From NCBI GenBank assembly GCA_950097015.1, contig CATNEN010000038.1, forward strand, positions 6,138,001 to 6,202,000: DNA of 64,000 nucleotides, in the 5' to 3' direction. Made by a program: the position numbers and the translations under genes. The stretch comes from Macrostomum hystrix (Eukaryota; Animalia; Platyhelminthes). The stretch's first letter is position 1. Every line of letters begins with the position of its first letter. Positions 45,971 to 57,849 of this stretch are shown here, piece by piece. Under the pieces are notes generated by a model. That model was not told where the DNA came from. It ran no database searches and saw nothing but the letters and a program-made list of their open reading frames with translations.

Positions 45971-46590
45971 GTAAGTTATGGCTCAACAAATATTTATAGA
46001 AATCTGTCTCTGGATCCGCCATTGTTCACATGTGCACCAATTCTTGTTCTAGAGCATAGCTACACGTGCCATTCATTTAATATACTATTAACATATAAAA
46101 TTATGCAACAAAATAGGAAGGCCCTATTAACCGACAAGACAATACAAAATGTAACTAGATAAAATAATTTTAACATTTAACAACCGCCTGCTGCCCAATG
46201 TAATTGATTATTTGGACAAACACTAGTAATCTAAGAGCGTTCCGACAATCACCTTAGCAATGTACTATTTAGCAATGGCCATCTAGCCATACAAGCTATT
46301 ATAGCTTAAAAGCCTAACTCTTAAAGCCGAAGAAACGAAATTGAAATTGACATACAGTAAACAAGCAAAATTGCAAGACCAAAATTCAATTGTAAATTTT
46401 TAAATACACGTAGTGAAACACTAGGAAATGTATAACAACAAAAAGCGTGAATGCACAGCCACTCTGAAGCTGACAGTTTACCTGTTTACCTTGAACTAAC
46501 ATCACTTAAAATATATGGCTTTAAACAGGGTTAAATTGCAATGTGATTTAGGAATCCGGTTTCAAGCGTGTAATAAAATTTCCTAAAGAC

Positions 46591-47778
46591 CTAGTAGACA
46601 CCAAAGAGAATGTAGCGGCACATCTCGCCATAGTTCGAGTCCAGAGTCTTGATGTTATCCAAGTTGTGCTGCTTGCCGTACTTGCGAAACCACAGGTGCA
46701 TCACGTAATTCTTCTTCCGCCAGTCCCACCTCTTTTGCTTTCCGATGCCATAAATCCAGTCCACCTCCTCCGGAGTCCAGTTCGGCCGGTCCATGCTCTC
46801 CTCCTCCACGTGGCACAGGTCGGGAAAGACGGCCTGCATTGTGCTCGGCAGCTTCACGGAATGGTCGCCCCAGGCTTCGTCGTTGAACACCTGGTACGCT
46901 GTGTGCCACATCGCCAGAAATGTGCTGCCCTGCGCAGCCATAAAGACGCCATTGCACAAGCCGTACGGAACTTCCCTGCCGATAGTGCAGGGGAACTTCC
47001 GCAGAGGCTCCAGCGGCTTCAGCACAAACACATCGATGTCCATGTAGACTCCACCGAACACCAGCACGGCCTCCAGCCTCACCACATCTGACTGGTGCTC
47101 CTTGCCGTGTACTGGCACCGTGTACACAGACGTGGGCACCGGTCTCCGCACCATGATGACCTTCTCCTCGAAGTCGGTCTCCGTGAGGTTCCTCCTCACC
47201 CGCTCCCACCACTGTCCGGTGGGCGGCTTGCCGGGAGCGTACCACAGCAGTAGGCGGTGCGGCTTCATCACATGCAGGCAGCTGAGCAGGCTGACCATGT
47301 GGTGGAACTGCAGGTTCGTGTCACCGAATGGCAGCACAAAGTGGGCAATGTTGGGCACCAGAAACCCGGGCTTCACTGCGGACTTGGCCACTGCATGAAT
47401 CTCTTCAACTGTGAACTTCTTGCCGCTGGGACTGTGTGGCATCCACTGCGCGGTGCTGACTGCCGGCAGGTAGCTGGCCATCATCTGCTCCAGGCGGTGA
47501 TGGTACCTTCCACTGTAAGGCCTGGCAGCGTCCTTTAGTCGCGGTAAGTTAAATCTCAAGGCTTGCGTATCCATGGCCTGTAATAATGGAGTCTTTCTTT
47601 GACTAGCGGACAATGCGATTTCAGCAGGAACGCTTCGATAAAGTAGCACGCTTTGATCGAGAATGACGAGCGGATAGACATAGTACAGGCTGAGTAGCAA
47701 GGCGCAGGTCAGGCAGAGTATCAGTACAGGAAGCAGCCGCCTTGGCGACTCGCTGCATCCGAGTATTCGCTGCGACAT
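46591..47778 (-). CDS. GT32-type DXD glycosyltransferase, paralogue 2
   Basis: Intronless; TM LLPVLILCLTCALLLSLYYV; catalytic region near-identical to paralogue 1. Confidence 0.88.
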   Translation of the reverse strand: MSQRILGCSESPRRLLPVLILCLTCALLLSLYYVYPLVILDQSVLLYRSVPAEIALSASQRKTPLLQAMDTQALRFNLPRLKDAARPYSGRYHHRLEQMMASYLPAVSTAQWMPHSPSGKKFTVEEIHAVAKSAVKPGFLVPNIAHFVLPFGDTNLQFHHMVSLLSCLHVMKPHRLLLWYAPGKPPTGQWWERVRRNLTETDFEEKVIMVRRPVPTSVYTVPVHGKEHQSDVVRLEAVLVFGGVYMDIDVFVLKPLEPLRKFPCTIGREVPYGLCNGVFMAAQGSTFLAMWHTAYQVFNDEAWGDHSVKLPSTMQAVFPDLCHVEEESMDRPNWTPEEVDWIYGIGKQKRWDWRKKNYVMHLWFRKYGKQHNLDNIKTLDSNYGEMCRYILFGVY

Positions 47779-47936
47779 CCTCACCGACGCAGAGTCAGCA
47801 GAGTGCGCGGGGCAACGACTGCCATTTGTTGGCTGATCCTGCTTCTGGATATCTGCCTGCAAATGTCAGTTATAGACTAGCTAATTAGCTTAGAAATCTA
47901 GCTTTTGGCTTTAGGTCAGAGTGGTATACCTTGTGC

Positions 47937-48645
47937 CCTAACAGCTCAGTCAGAAACCTAACCAGCTCAGTCAGAAACCTAACCAGCTCAGTCAGAAACC
48001 TAACCAGCTCAGTCAGAAACCTAACCAGCTCAGTCAGAAACCTAACCAGCTCAGTCAGAAACCTAACCAGCTCAGTCAGAAACCTAACCAGCTCAGTCAG
48101 AAACCTAACCAGCTCAGTCAGAAACCTAACCAGCTCAGTCAGAAACCTAACCAGCTCAGTCAGAAACCTAACCAGCTCAGTCAGTCAGAAACCTAACCAG
48201 CTCAGTCAGAAACCTAACCAGCTCAGTCAGTCAGAAACCTAACCAGCTCAGTCAGTCAGAAACCTAACCAGCTCAGTCAGTCAGAAACCTAACCAGCTCA
48301 GTCAGTCAGAAACCTAACCAGCTCAGTCAGTCAGAAACCTAACCAGCTCAGTCAGAAACCTAACCAGCTCAGTCAGAAACCTAACCAGCTCAGTCAGAAA
48401 CCTAACCAGCTCAGTCAGTCAGAAACCTAACCAGCTCAGTCAGAAACCTAACCAGCTCAGTCAGAAACCTAACCAGCTCAGTCAGTCAGAAACCTAACCA
48501 GCTCAGTCAGTCAGAAACCTAACCAGCTCAGTCAGTCAGAAACCTAACCAGCTCAGTCAGAAACCTAACCAGCTCAGTCAGAAACCTAACCAGCTCAGTC
48601 AGAAACCTAACCAGCTCAGTCAGAAACCTAACCAGCTCAGTCAGA
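47937..48645. repeat. 21/25-bp minisatellite
   Basis: (CAGCTCAGTCAGAAACCTAAC)n with extra TCAG in some units. Confidence 0.95.
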
Positions 48646-49433
48646 CTTCAGGTAAGAAACCCTTGAATCCGATCTTATTTGAAGCTGCTTCTAGGTAGGT
48701 TATTCGAAGTCAGACCTCAGGCTCAGACACGCATTTGAGATGCATGACATAGGTCGAGTTTTCGTCGCTATTTTTTAACTCTAAACTTTGCAAGTTATTA
48801 TTATTATTATTTTTATTATTATTACTAAGCCACTCACCTTGTAATACGCGCCACGGGTAGGGCTTAATCAAATAAATCAGCAAACCATAGGGTAACGGTG
48901 ATAACCTTTTTGATTTGGAAATTATTCTGAAATACACTTTAGTTCGCTTTTCGCTATTCTGTATGAAGTGCAGTTAAAAAATAGACAGATTTCTGCACTT
49001 AGCTAAAATAAAGATATAATTGTCAGGGCTGGATCTTCGATCTGGGGGCTGAGTGCATGATCACTTGGTTTGTATTATAAAGCCAACGACTAAGGGGGGA
49101 GGGAAGGAAGAGATGGGGCACCCGCCTCTTCTCCGCTGACTGTGCAAATGTACACTAGCCCCGGGGCGGGCCACGCTAGGAGCGAACTGTACATTCATTC
49201 TAGCATGCACCCACCCCCACTTGTCACATAAAAACCTTGACAGAAAGCTGTGCTTTCACTCTCTTTAAGTTGTGCTAACACTTCTTCAGTCTTCGGTTTG
49301 CTTAACATAATGACAAACAAGTTTGGCCCAGTTGTAGATTAAGGCGTACGAACACCTTAGTGTTCGTACGTTTTGATATAAATGCATTTTATTTTGTATT
49401 CTTTTTGGTGTTGACTGTTTTCAATTATTAGTT

Positions 49434-52400
49434 GGGATGAGTGAGCCAGTAATGGCCAAGAGGAAGCCGAGCGTAAGCGAGTCTTTCTCTTGGTCATTAC
49501 GGATGCGATATCTCATCTTGATAAGATATAACCAACGTGTCAGGATAGGAAAGCACGTTTTTCAACTTTTAACGATTGCCGCTTTTGCCCAGTTGAATGC
49601 GGTTTTTGCAAAACATGCAAAAGACTTGGGTCTATGTACTGAAGTGAAAAGCGTTGCCATGGCAACCAAAAACATGATCTTTTTTGGACACGACAAAAAT
49701 TGGTCTCTCGGCGCGCTTATTTTGGCATTTTATGGTGTCACCAAGTGACTATCCAGTCGATGCGGGCTATAGAAGCCTACAATGATTTGATATGGAAGTT
49801 TTCTTGCTGACCCATCTTCTGGGTCAAAGGGTCAAAAAACGGGTTTTTGAGGTTGAAAAAAGGTGCATGTTTTTTTACTTTGACTTGCTGGTCGTAACCC
49901 TAACACATGGGCCTACTTGATGGTGAAGAAATTTTTTGACCGTGTACTTTTGTGATTGAAAAATGTGCACTTTTAAAGTACTTTTAGTACAGGGTGCACT
50001 TTGGACGCCTCTATGACACAGAAAGGTGACTTGAATTGCATTTCAACACATGTCAACCAACTTTCTTGGGTGTCGCCTATACGACAATGTTGGTTTCAGA
50101 CTGATTGGATGTTGTTTACCGAAGATGTGGGTAATTAAATCCCAAAAACGTGATTTTGGTCATTTTTAGTCATTTCTCGAGGTACAAAACTGCATGGCCA
50201 GAACGTATTTGGTGTGCGATTTGAATGCGGCTTCAGTTTTTTGAAGCGCAACAAATGTGCGCACAAAATGTATATTTTGAATTTTCTAAGCATCCACTTG
50301 CCCCGAAGGTGGATGCGAAAATCCCAAATTTTGACCCCCCGGGGGGCTAAAACATGCAAAACGGGATCAGTCATAACTTTTGAATACTGTATCCGTTGGT
50401 GTTGCGCTAAGCGTTGCTGAATTGCATTTAGACCCTCTTTCATTTGATACTAGACTCGTGCACACACATTCAGTAGTTGGCCATCTGTACTAAAATATGT
50501 ACCTGTACAGGTGTACGTGTGAGAGAAAAAGTTTTCCATTTCTGCCTCTACGATAGTGCACTTTGTCGCATTGAGCTGAAAATGGTGTCAATAGACGCAT
50601 GTGGATGTTTGAAAGAGAATGACATGTCAACTTAAAGTCAGCGTCACATTCAAGATGCTAAATTTTGATTTGCAGCTGGAAAACGTGTTGTTTTCGTAGA
50701 AATTGAATAAATCATGCAATTTTTCGAACCTTTAAAGGTAAATTTTGTAAAAACGGTCTTGCGAATTTTTTATGTACAGAGACAAAATGTACCCAATACT
50801 ATGCTGCATCCGATGAGCAGCTGCATTAGTGTTGGAAAATTCGATTTTTCGAAATGGAAGGCACATTGCAGCAATTTTTACACCCGGGGGCCGGGGCCCA
50901 TGCCAATTTCTCATAAGATTACTCATAAGATTTTAGTAGTACAACTTCTCGAATAAAGTTTGGTGTCGTTGGATAGCATTTAGATTTTAGAGCCCTCTTC
51001 AAAAGGACAGCATCCATGCCTGCCTGTGAACATTGTTTGAGCGTCAGTACACGATGCAGTACTTTTAAGAGAAGCAGCATTTTCGAGTTTACTCTTATAA
51101 AATGTTGTTCTTTGCCCCAATGTCATTGAAAATGGTTTCAATAGATGCGTCTATTCTAGATGTTTCCAAGACAATGACATGTCACTTGAAGCTGTACATC
51201 ACGATTCACATTTCAGATGTACATTATTGATTTTCATTTATAAAACGTGTTTTTATCCACACAAATAATGCAACCTTGAGTGAAAATTGTGCTAAAATTG
51301 TTAAGTTAATTGTTAATTGTTAAAATTGTTAAATCGCATGTAAGTTTTGCATATAAACTGTGTGCCCAGCATTGAAATGAATGTTTGAAAGAAAGGTGCT
51401 TTAGTCTTGGAAAGTTTAATTATATGATGAAGTATGAATAGGAAGTAAGGAGTAATTAATGAAAGATCATCCTGCTTTTTGAAATCAACTTTTTTGCATT
51501 ACATGAAAATTGAAACCGAAATTTCATTAGTTGAAGCTTGACTTAAATAGAATACACAGGCTACAGCCCTCCATGCATTTGTCATTGTTTGTTTGTGGGG
51601 ACGAGATTTCTGTCTATTGAGGTTTGAATGTACATAAGTTGGGGCCAAGGCTTTCGCATTCGCCTGCGGGGATGAAATGGATGGCTGTGCCGCCCGATCG
51701 ATAAAAATCGATGGGAGGGGTTCTCTCAGCCTGAGTGTCTATGACTCTATGGCTTGAAGGAGTGCTATAGCGGGCCAGCCCCTCCCTTTTGTTTAATGTA
51801 CATGGCCCAGCTGAGATCGTCTTATCTAAGTTCTCTCCACATGCAGTGCAGAGGGTCCCTTTCCTTTGCGTTGTTAAAATATATGGCTTATTGAAATGGG
51901 CCGTACTTTAGCTGACGATAGAAATTTAGACTTTGATATAGCGGGGATTGATAATTAATAAAGTTGGACGAATGATTAAAGACACTGCGCCTCCTCTCTT
52001 TATTAAAATTTTGAGAAATCATTGAACGCCAAGAGATTTATGGCGGGTCTGGGAGAGAGAACGGAAGGGCAGGGGTCAGTCAGAGTCAGACAGATGAAGT
52101 TCAACTCTGTTTGAAATTTTGAATTTAAGTAGATGGTAATTTCTTGAGAGGTCAAGTGTATCAGATGTGTATCAGGCCAGTGCTATTGTATGGGTATGAG
52201 ATGTGGGTAGGAGTGCAGAGGAGAATTGGCTCCAAGTGACCCTTATTTGAGAGGTTGAATTTGAGACCATTATAACCCTATAACCAAGTTATTAGCATTG
52301 AGCAATGTGTCAAACATGTCCTCAATGGCACAATGGCAAGCCAGAAGCGTCGAAACTGAATTTCTGGAAGAAGACGGGTCCTTTGGGGAACGAGCTGGAA

Positions 52401-53039
52401 GGGGGGCAGATCGTGCAGTGGGAGATGAGCAAGAACAGGGCGGATTCCGTAGAGGATGAGCTGGAAGAGGGATGCAAGAGGATAGATGGGACCAGCGGTG
52501 AGGGAGGCACCGGTCATAGGTAGCTCCGAACGCATTGAAGTTGACTTCGGTTGACTTGGCAGATCCGATAATCTGTTTGTTGTTAATTGAAATGTTTCGT
52601 TTATTTAAGCCAATGTAAAAAATTCGTTTTGCAAATAAACTGTTCTGTGCAACCGGGCCAGTTTGAATTCTCAGCAGCTCGTCTCGCACTTGTGCGCTTG
52701 TGTGTTTCTAAAGACTGCGCTGTTCAGTCTTTTCTTTTCAATCTGTTCATTTCAGTATTTCAGTCTTCAGTTCACTCCTTGTTTCTTGGTCGGTAGAAAT
52801 CGGCACTTGAATCCCAGACAATCGAAGCATCCTAGCCTCATTGAGAATCGCCTTCCGGGCTTCATCGACAATCGCCCTCACAGCCTCTATCTCCTTAGTG
52901 AGAGAGAGAGAGAGTGAGTGAGTATTATATATGAGCCAGTGAGAAAGACAGAGACCTTTCGATACATATCGGATACGTATTGGTTAAGCTTTGAAGCACT
53001 CGCTGCATACTTTGATATGCATCACGGCTCACTCATCCC
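49434..53039. mobile_element. Putative ~3.6-kb non-autonomous element bounded by a 14-bp inverted repeat and terminal hairpins
   Basis: GGGATGAGTGAGCC (49434-49447) / GGCTCACTCATCCC (53026-53039); long hairpin at left end; internal ~100-bp direct repeat (near 50575 and 51125). Confidence 0.4.
51690..52520 (+). pseudogene. Highly decayed LINE reverse-transcriptase fragment
   Basis: Remnants GVL*RASPSLLFNV, ADD, and YQMCIRPVLLYGYEMW. Confidence 0.55.
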
Positions 53040-53244
53040 GTAATAAGTCACCGACTTCATTACTAGCCTAGTACAAACTCGCTCCGCTTCCGTTTCGACG
53101 TTCGGAGGGGGTAGGTGAATGAACTCGATAATGTTACATGCAGTAATATATAACTATAATCTCCCTCAATTCTCTCCCATGTTGGGAGATATATGCTGCT
53201 CATGTACGTTAAGGGTCTGTTAAAAGAATCTAGGAGTGAAACAG

Positions 53245-53578
53245 TTAGGAGTGAGCACACACTAGGAGCTAGGAGCAAACTCTAGGAGCTAGGAGCATAC
53301 TGTAGGAGCTAGGAGCGAACTGTAGGAGCTAGGAGCGAACTCTAGGAGTTAAGAGCGAACTATAGGAGCTAGGAGCACACTCTAGGAGCTAGGAGCACAC
53401 TCTAGGAGCTAGGACCGAACTCTATGAGCTTGAAGCACACTATAGAAGCTAGGAGCGAACTATAGGAGCTAGGACCAAACTCTATGAGCTTGGAGCACAC
53501 TCTAGGAGCTAGGAGCGAACTCTAGGAGCTAGGAGGGAACTATAGAAGCTATAGGAGCACACTATAGGAACTAGGACA
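53245..53578. repeat. 20-bp minisatellite
   Basis: (CTAGGAGCTAGGAGCACACT)n. Confidence 0.9.
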
Positions 53579-54090
53579 AAAACAACAACAACAACAACAA
53601 GAGACGCTAGCTCCAAAAGTCAGGGAGGCAGCGTCACATGGCGCGCCGCAGAGCCAGCGCGCGAACATGGTCCGCGCCGGTGGCAGTGTCGGGCGCCCCG
53701 GCGTCGTTCAGCAAGCAGTCGACGTAGCGGTGGGTCCGAGCCTGGCCGCGCCTGAACGGGCCCTGCAGGGTGAGCAGCAGGACGTCCTCGGCGGGCTGGC
53801 GGCAGTAGCTCTCGGCTCGAATAACGTGGCTCGCTTGTCGAGGTCGCCGCTGGCGCAGGATGGTGGACGGGCGTTGCAGCTGGGCTTTCTCGGACAGAGC
53901 CTCGGCCCCGACACTCTCGTCAGCTTGAAAGACCGCACGCAGAAGCCCCGAGTGCGCCGAGTCCAGCTGCCGCTCCAGCGTAGCCGTCAGCGCCCAGGAC
54001 TCGGCGTTGTACAGCAGGACGCGCTCTTGACCACCGCCTGCCACATCCGAGCCCTCTGGCGGTCAGGCAGCGCTGTGGATCTGCATCGCC
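53578..54090 (-). mobile_element. 3' fragment of an RTE-like non-LTR retrotransposon
   Basis: LLYNAESWALT..LLRAV..ILRQRR..HVIR..RRG; short 3' UTR and (TTG)n tail at 53578-53600. Confidence 0.8.
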
Positions 54091-54091
54091 C

Positions 54092-54781
54092 AGATGTTCA
54101 ACGATTCTCATAGGGATAGCGAAGTTTGCCAGCAGGACATTTACAAGCATTTACAAGCTGTAAATTTTCTGCTTTAAAGGCATCCAGCTTCATTTTTTGT
54201 TTGAAGATACTAGTAAATAGGTGCATGTGTGGAGAATTAGTTTTGAATACATCATACTTGTATTCGACTCAATCATTGAGTCTATCATAAGGCAATCGTA
54301 TACAATAATTTACTCGTACAGATAGGTAGTCACAATGTAGCAATCAAACGAAACTCTCCCTGTTTGTATATGAGAGTGCAACATAGTGCCTTAGAAGATA
54401 AAGTCACATATAGACGCAGTCTGAATCTTCGGTGCAGTCTGAGTTACTCATAGTTACGACTCTAACTAATATAGTCAAGTTTGTAAGAACGAAGTACCGA
54501 AGTCAATTAATTAACACACAATTAAGTAAAACACCAGAGCTTTAATGTTTGGCTTTATTAACACAATAATCTTCTATAAGGCACTATGTTGCTCTCTCAT
54601 ATCCAACCGTGTGAATAACTACATTGTGATTACATACCTGTACGAGTGGTCGAGTACAACTATTACCGTATGAATTATAGGCTCAATGATTGAGCATTAC
54701 AAGTGCCTATTTAGAAGTTTATACAGGGCAATGTTACTTGTTCTTGTCCCCAGGGTCTTCGACAAGAATCGTTGAATATCT
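54092..54781. mobile_element. Foldback element with ~200-300-bp imperfect inverted arms
   Basis: AGATGTTCAACGATTCT/AGAATCGTTGAATATCT, CTCAATCATTGAG/CTCAATGATTGAG, GCAACATAGTGCCTTA/TAAGGCACTATGTTGC in mirrored order. Confidence 0.7.
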
Positions 54782-55487
54782 CGACGATGCTGACTTGGAC
54801 GGCTTGGAAAATTAGCTTATCGAAAAGGGCGGAACAATTTGAGCCATAATGGGGACTTTCATGAAAATCTGTCATTCGGTTTGGGAGCTATCGTGAAGTA
54901 GGCAGTGGGAATTTAAAATACCCCGTGGTCTTTCCCTGGGAGAAATAACATAGTCTTTAGAGAACTTAAACAATTCAAAACAAAATCTAATGAACTTAAA
55001 TAACTAAGGCCAAGAACAATTTTACGATACAAACCGCTGCTGTCATTTACCAACAATGGCGCTCTCACATCAGCTTACTTATTTGGTAGCTATATTACAG
55101 GATGAGGCGAAAACCAACTCTTCGAAGATTGAAGAGTAAAAAGCATTCTTTGGATTGAATACCGATAACAAATACATTGAGAGTCGATCATGGTAAGTCC
55201 ATGGATCGATGACTCGCCTCCAGGCGTCGACGTCATTCGTCACGATGTAAATCGCTGACTCGCATTACACATTACTAAAAGTTGCGAAAATGGAAACGTG
55301 TAGCTTTTGTGAAAAAGTTTGTTTCTTAAATACAGCTCCTAAAGTAGCTAGTGAAAACTTTAAACCGTTTGATGCCAAACTTATTTAATTAGAAACTCAA
55401 GATCCGAGTTTAGACATTGGCTAAACTCAAAAATCTCATCAAAGAGGCCATCGTTTTTATTGATTACACCTGCCCCAATTGGGCCCG

Positions 55488-55742
55488 ACGTTCAACCGAC
55501 GACAGCCAAGCTATTCTGCTGCGCATCTGAAGGCTGCGTAGGGCTGTGCAGTCCATGAACTCGTGGCACACAAACTACCATTAATTACCCAAGCTAATAC
55601 TGGTACCTGTTTAAATAAACTAAAGGTGAACTAAAGCGACACAGACTTAATTATTTTGCTAAAGGCAACACATTATTTTTGTGAGAATCGAACCACCACC
55701 CTTCAAGTCGTGAGTCGCAAACACAGAATAAGGCTACCCCCA
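55488..55742 (-). mobile_element. Probable second tRNA-derived SINE family (related remnant at 24280-24405, plus strand)
   Basis: Minus strand GGTTCGATTC box-B-like motif; blocks CTCACGACTTGAAGG and TACGCAGCCTTCAGATGCGC..AATAGCT shared with 24300-24390. Confidence 0.5.
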
Positions 55743-55763
55743 TCTGAAAGGGTCGTAACTTAA

Positions 55764-56948
55764 TTAAGAAGTCCCAAATAAAATGTAGCGACATATTTGG
55801 CCATACAGGCTATTAAGAGTCTTGATGCTGAGCATGTTGTGCTTCATTCCGTACTTGCGGAACCACAGGTGCATCACATAATTCTTCTTGCGCCAGTCCC
55901 AAAGGTGGTGAAGCCCGATGCCGTACAGTTTCAACACTTCTTCTCGAGTCCAGTTCGGCCGGTCCATGCTCTCCTCCTCCACGTGGCACAGGTCTGGAAA
56001 GACGGCCTGCATTGTGCTCGGCAGCTTCACGGAATGGTCGCCCCAGGCTTCGTCGTTGAACACCTGGTACGCTGTGTGCCACATCGCCAGAAATGTGCTG
56101 CCCTGCGCAGCCATAAAGACGCCATTGCACAAGCCGTACGGAACCTCCCTGCCGATGGTGCAGGGGAACTTCCGCAGAGGCTCCAGCGGCTTCAGCACAA
56201 ACACATCGATGTCCATGTAGACTCCACCGAACACCAGCACGGCCTCCAGCCTTACCACATCTGACTGGTGCTCCTTGCCGTGTACTGGCACCGTGTACAC
56301 AGACGTGGGCACCGGTCTCTGCACCATGATGACCTTCTCCTCGAAGTCGGTCTCCGTGAGGTTCCTCCTCACCCGTTCCCACCACTGTCCGGTGGGCTGC
56401 TTGTCGGGAGCGTACCACAGCAGCAGGCGGTGCGGCTTCATCACGTGCAGGCAGCTGAGCAGGCTGACCATGTGGTGGAACTGCAGGTTCGTGTCACCGA
56501 ATGGCAGCACAAAGTGGGCGATGTTGGGCACCAGAAACCCGGGCTTCAATGTGGACTTGGCTACTTCCTGAACCTCCTTAACAGTGTACCTGACACCACT
56601 GGGACTGTGGGGTATCCAGTCACCTATGCTTATCTCTGGCAGGTGGTTGGCCATAAGTTCTTCTACGTAAGTCCCATGTCGTCCACTGTACTCCCTCGCA
56701 ATCTTCTTCAGTCGAGGGAGATTTGCTCTGAGAGGTTCTTCGTTCAACGGAATGAAAACTTTTGGCTCCAGATGCATCAACAACTTGAAACTCCGAAAGA
56801 CAGTGCGCAGGTTCAAGGATGTGCCCGTGGAGTGGATATGCGCGTGCTGCAGCAGAAAGATGATGAGCCAGCTGAACGAGACACAGAGAACCAGTACAGG
56901 AGGCACTCGGCTTGTGACTCGGGCCACGGCGCGTAGTTGTCGCCTCAT
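55764..56948 (-). CDS. GT32-type DXD glycosyltransferase, paralogue 3
   Basis: Intronless; TM VLVLCVSFSWLIIFLL; core near-identical to paralogues 1 and 2, ends diverged. Confidence 0.88.
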   Translation of the reverse strand: MRRQLRAVARVTSRVPPVLVLCVSFSWLIIFLLQHAHIHSTGTSLNLRTVFRSFKLLMHLEPKVFIPLNEEPLRANLPRLKKIAREYSGRHGTYVEELMANHLPEISIGDWIPHSPSGVRYTVKEVQEVAKSTLKPGFLVPNIAHFVLPFGDTNLQFHHMVSLLSCLHVMKPHRLLLWYAPDKQPTGQWWERVRRNLTETDFEEKVIMVQRPVPTSVYTVPVHGKEHQSDVVRLEAVLVFGGVYMDIDVFVLKPLEPLRKFPCTIGREVPYGLCNGVFMAAQGSTFLAMWHTAYQVFNDEAWGDHSVKLPSTMQAVFPDLCHVEEESMDRPNWTREEVLKLYGIGLHHLWDWRKKNYVMHLWFRKYGMKHNMLSIKTLNSLYGQICRYILFGTS

Positions 56949-57235
56949 GCTTAGCTCGCTGTAACTTGTAGCCTCACCTCCATATGCACCTGAAATCACG
57001 AATTCGCAAACAAGCTTTACGCGAGCAGTTAAGTTACTACAATTCACTTGTAACTTGTCACTGATCCCACTTGTACCTACTACAAGTCATTTATGAAACA
57101 CCCCCTGGATTGTTGTGTACCGTTGCGTCACTGTTTGGAGCTTCTTGGATGAGGCTGTTGAAGTTTTTTAAAGGTACCAAGCTGCGTCCACTACAATAAC
57201 GAACGAGGAACTAGCATTTCTACAAATTTGAGGTA

Positions 57236-57790
57236 CGAGGTGTGGTCAAGTTTAAGTGAGACAGTCTCGGCAGCCTCGTTATTAAACACTTTAGAGGAAA
57301 GCAGATGATTTATTCTGAAAAAGCATGAATTTTAACTTACAATTAGCAAAACTTCAGTTAAAAAACTAGCAACAACTGTACGCTTTCTCATTGAACAAAA
57401 GTACAGGTCGAGAGACCCAAAAAATGGGGTACTATTGCCCAGAAATATCGGATGTTCTTGTCGCTTCTTCAATTTTCTAAATGTTAACGTCAGAAAAGGC
57501 CTCATCTTCGTCCTCTGCTATCTTCGAGCCCTTCTCGACGTACTTGCCCTTCATCTCGACACACTTCTTGAGCCGCTCGATCCACTTGTCAAATGCTGAG
57601 GCGAAGGCACCTGGCGAAAGGCGGCTGCAGGCTCGCTCCCACTCCACCTTGACGGTGTCTCCGCTGATGGAGACGCCCCCAGCTCCCCCTTGATCGTTGG
57701 GAAGAGGAAATAGTCAGCTGGCGCCAGGTCTGGGGAGTAGGGAGGATGAGGGACAACCTGTTAGGCCGCTCTGCCATTTTTTGGGTTCTT
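57236..57790 (-). mobile_element. Mariner transposon 3' remnant
   Basis: HPPYSPDLAPADYFLFP motif, FDKWIERLKKCVEMKGKYVEK; TA|CGAGGTG.. mariner-like terminus at 57234. Confidence 0.85.
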
Positions 57791-57849
57791 GTGGCTGATG
57801 CACTTTATCAAGTTGTAGCTAAGGCAGAAGTCGATGAAAAAAGCTGATT

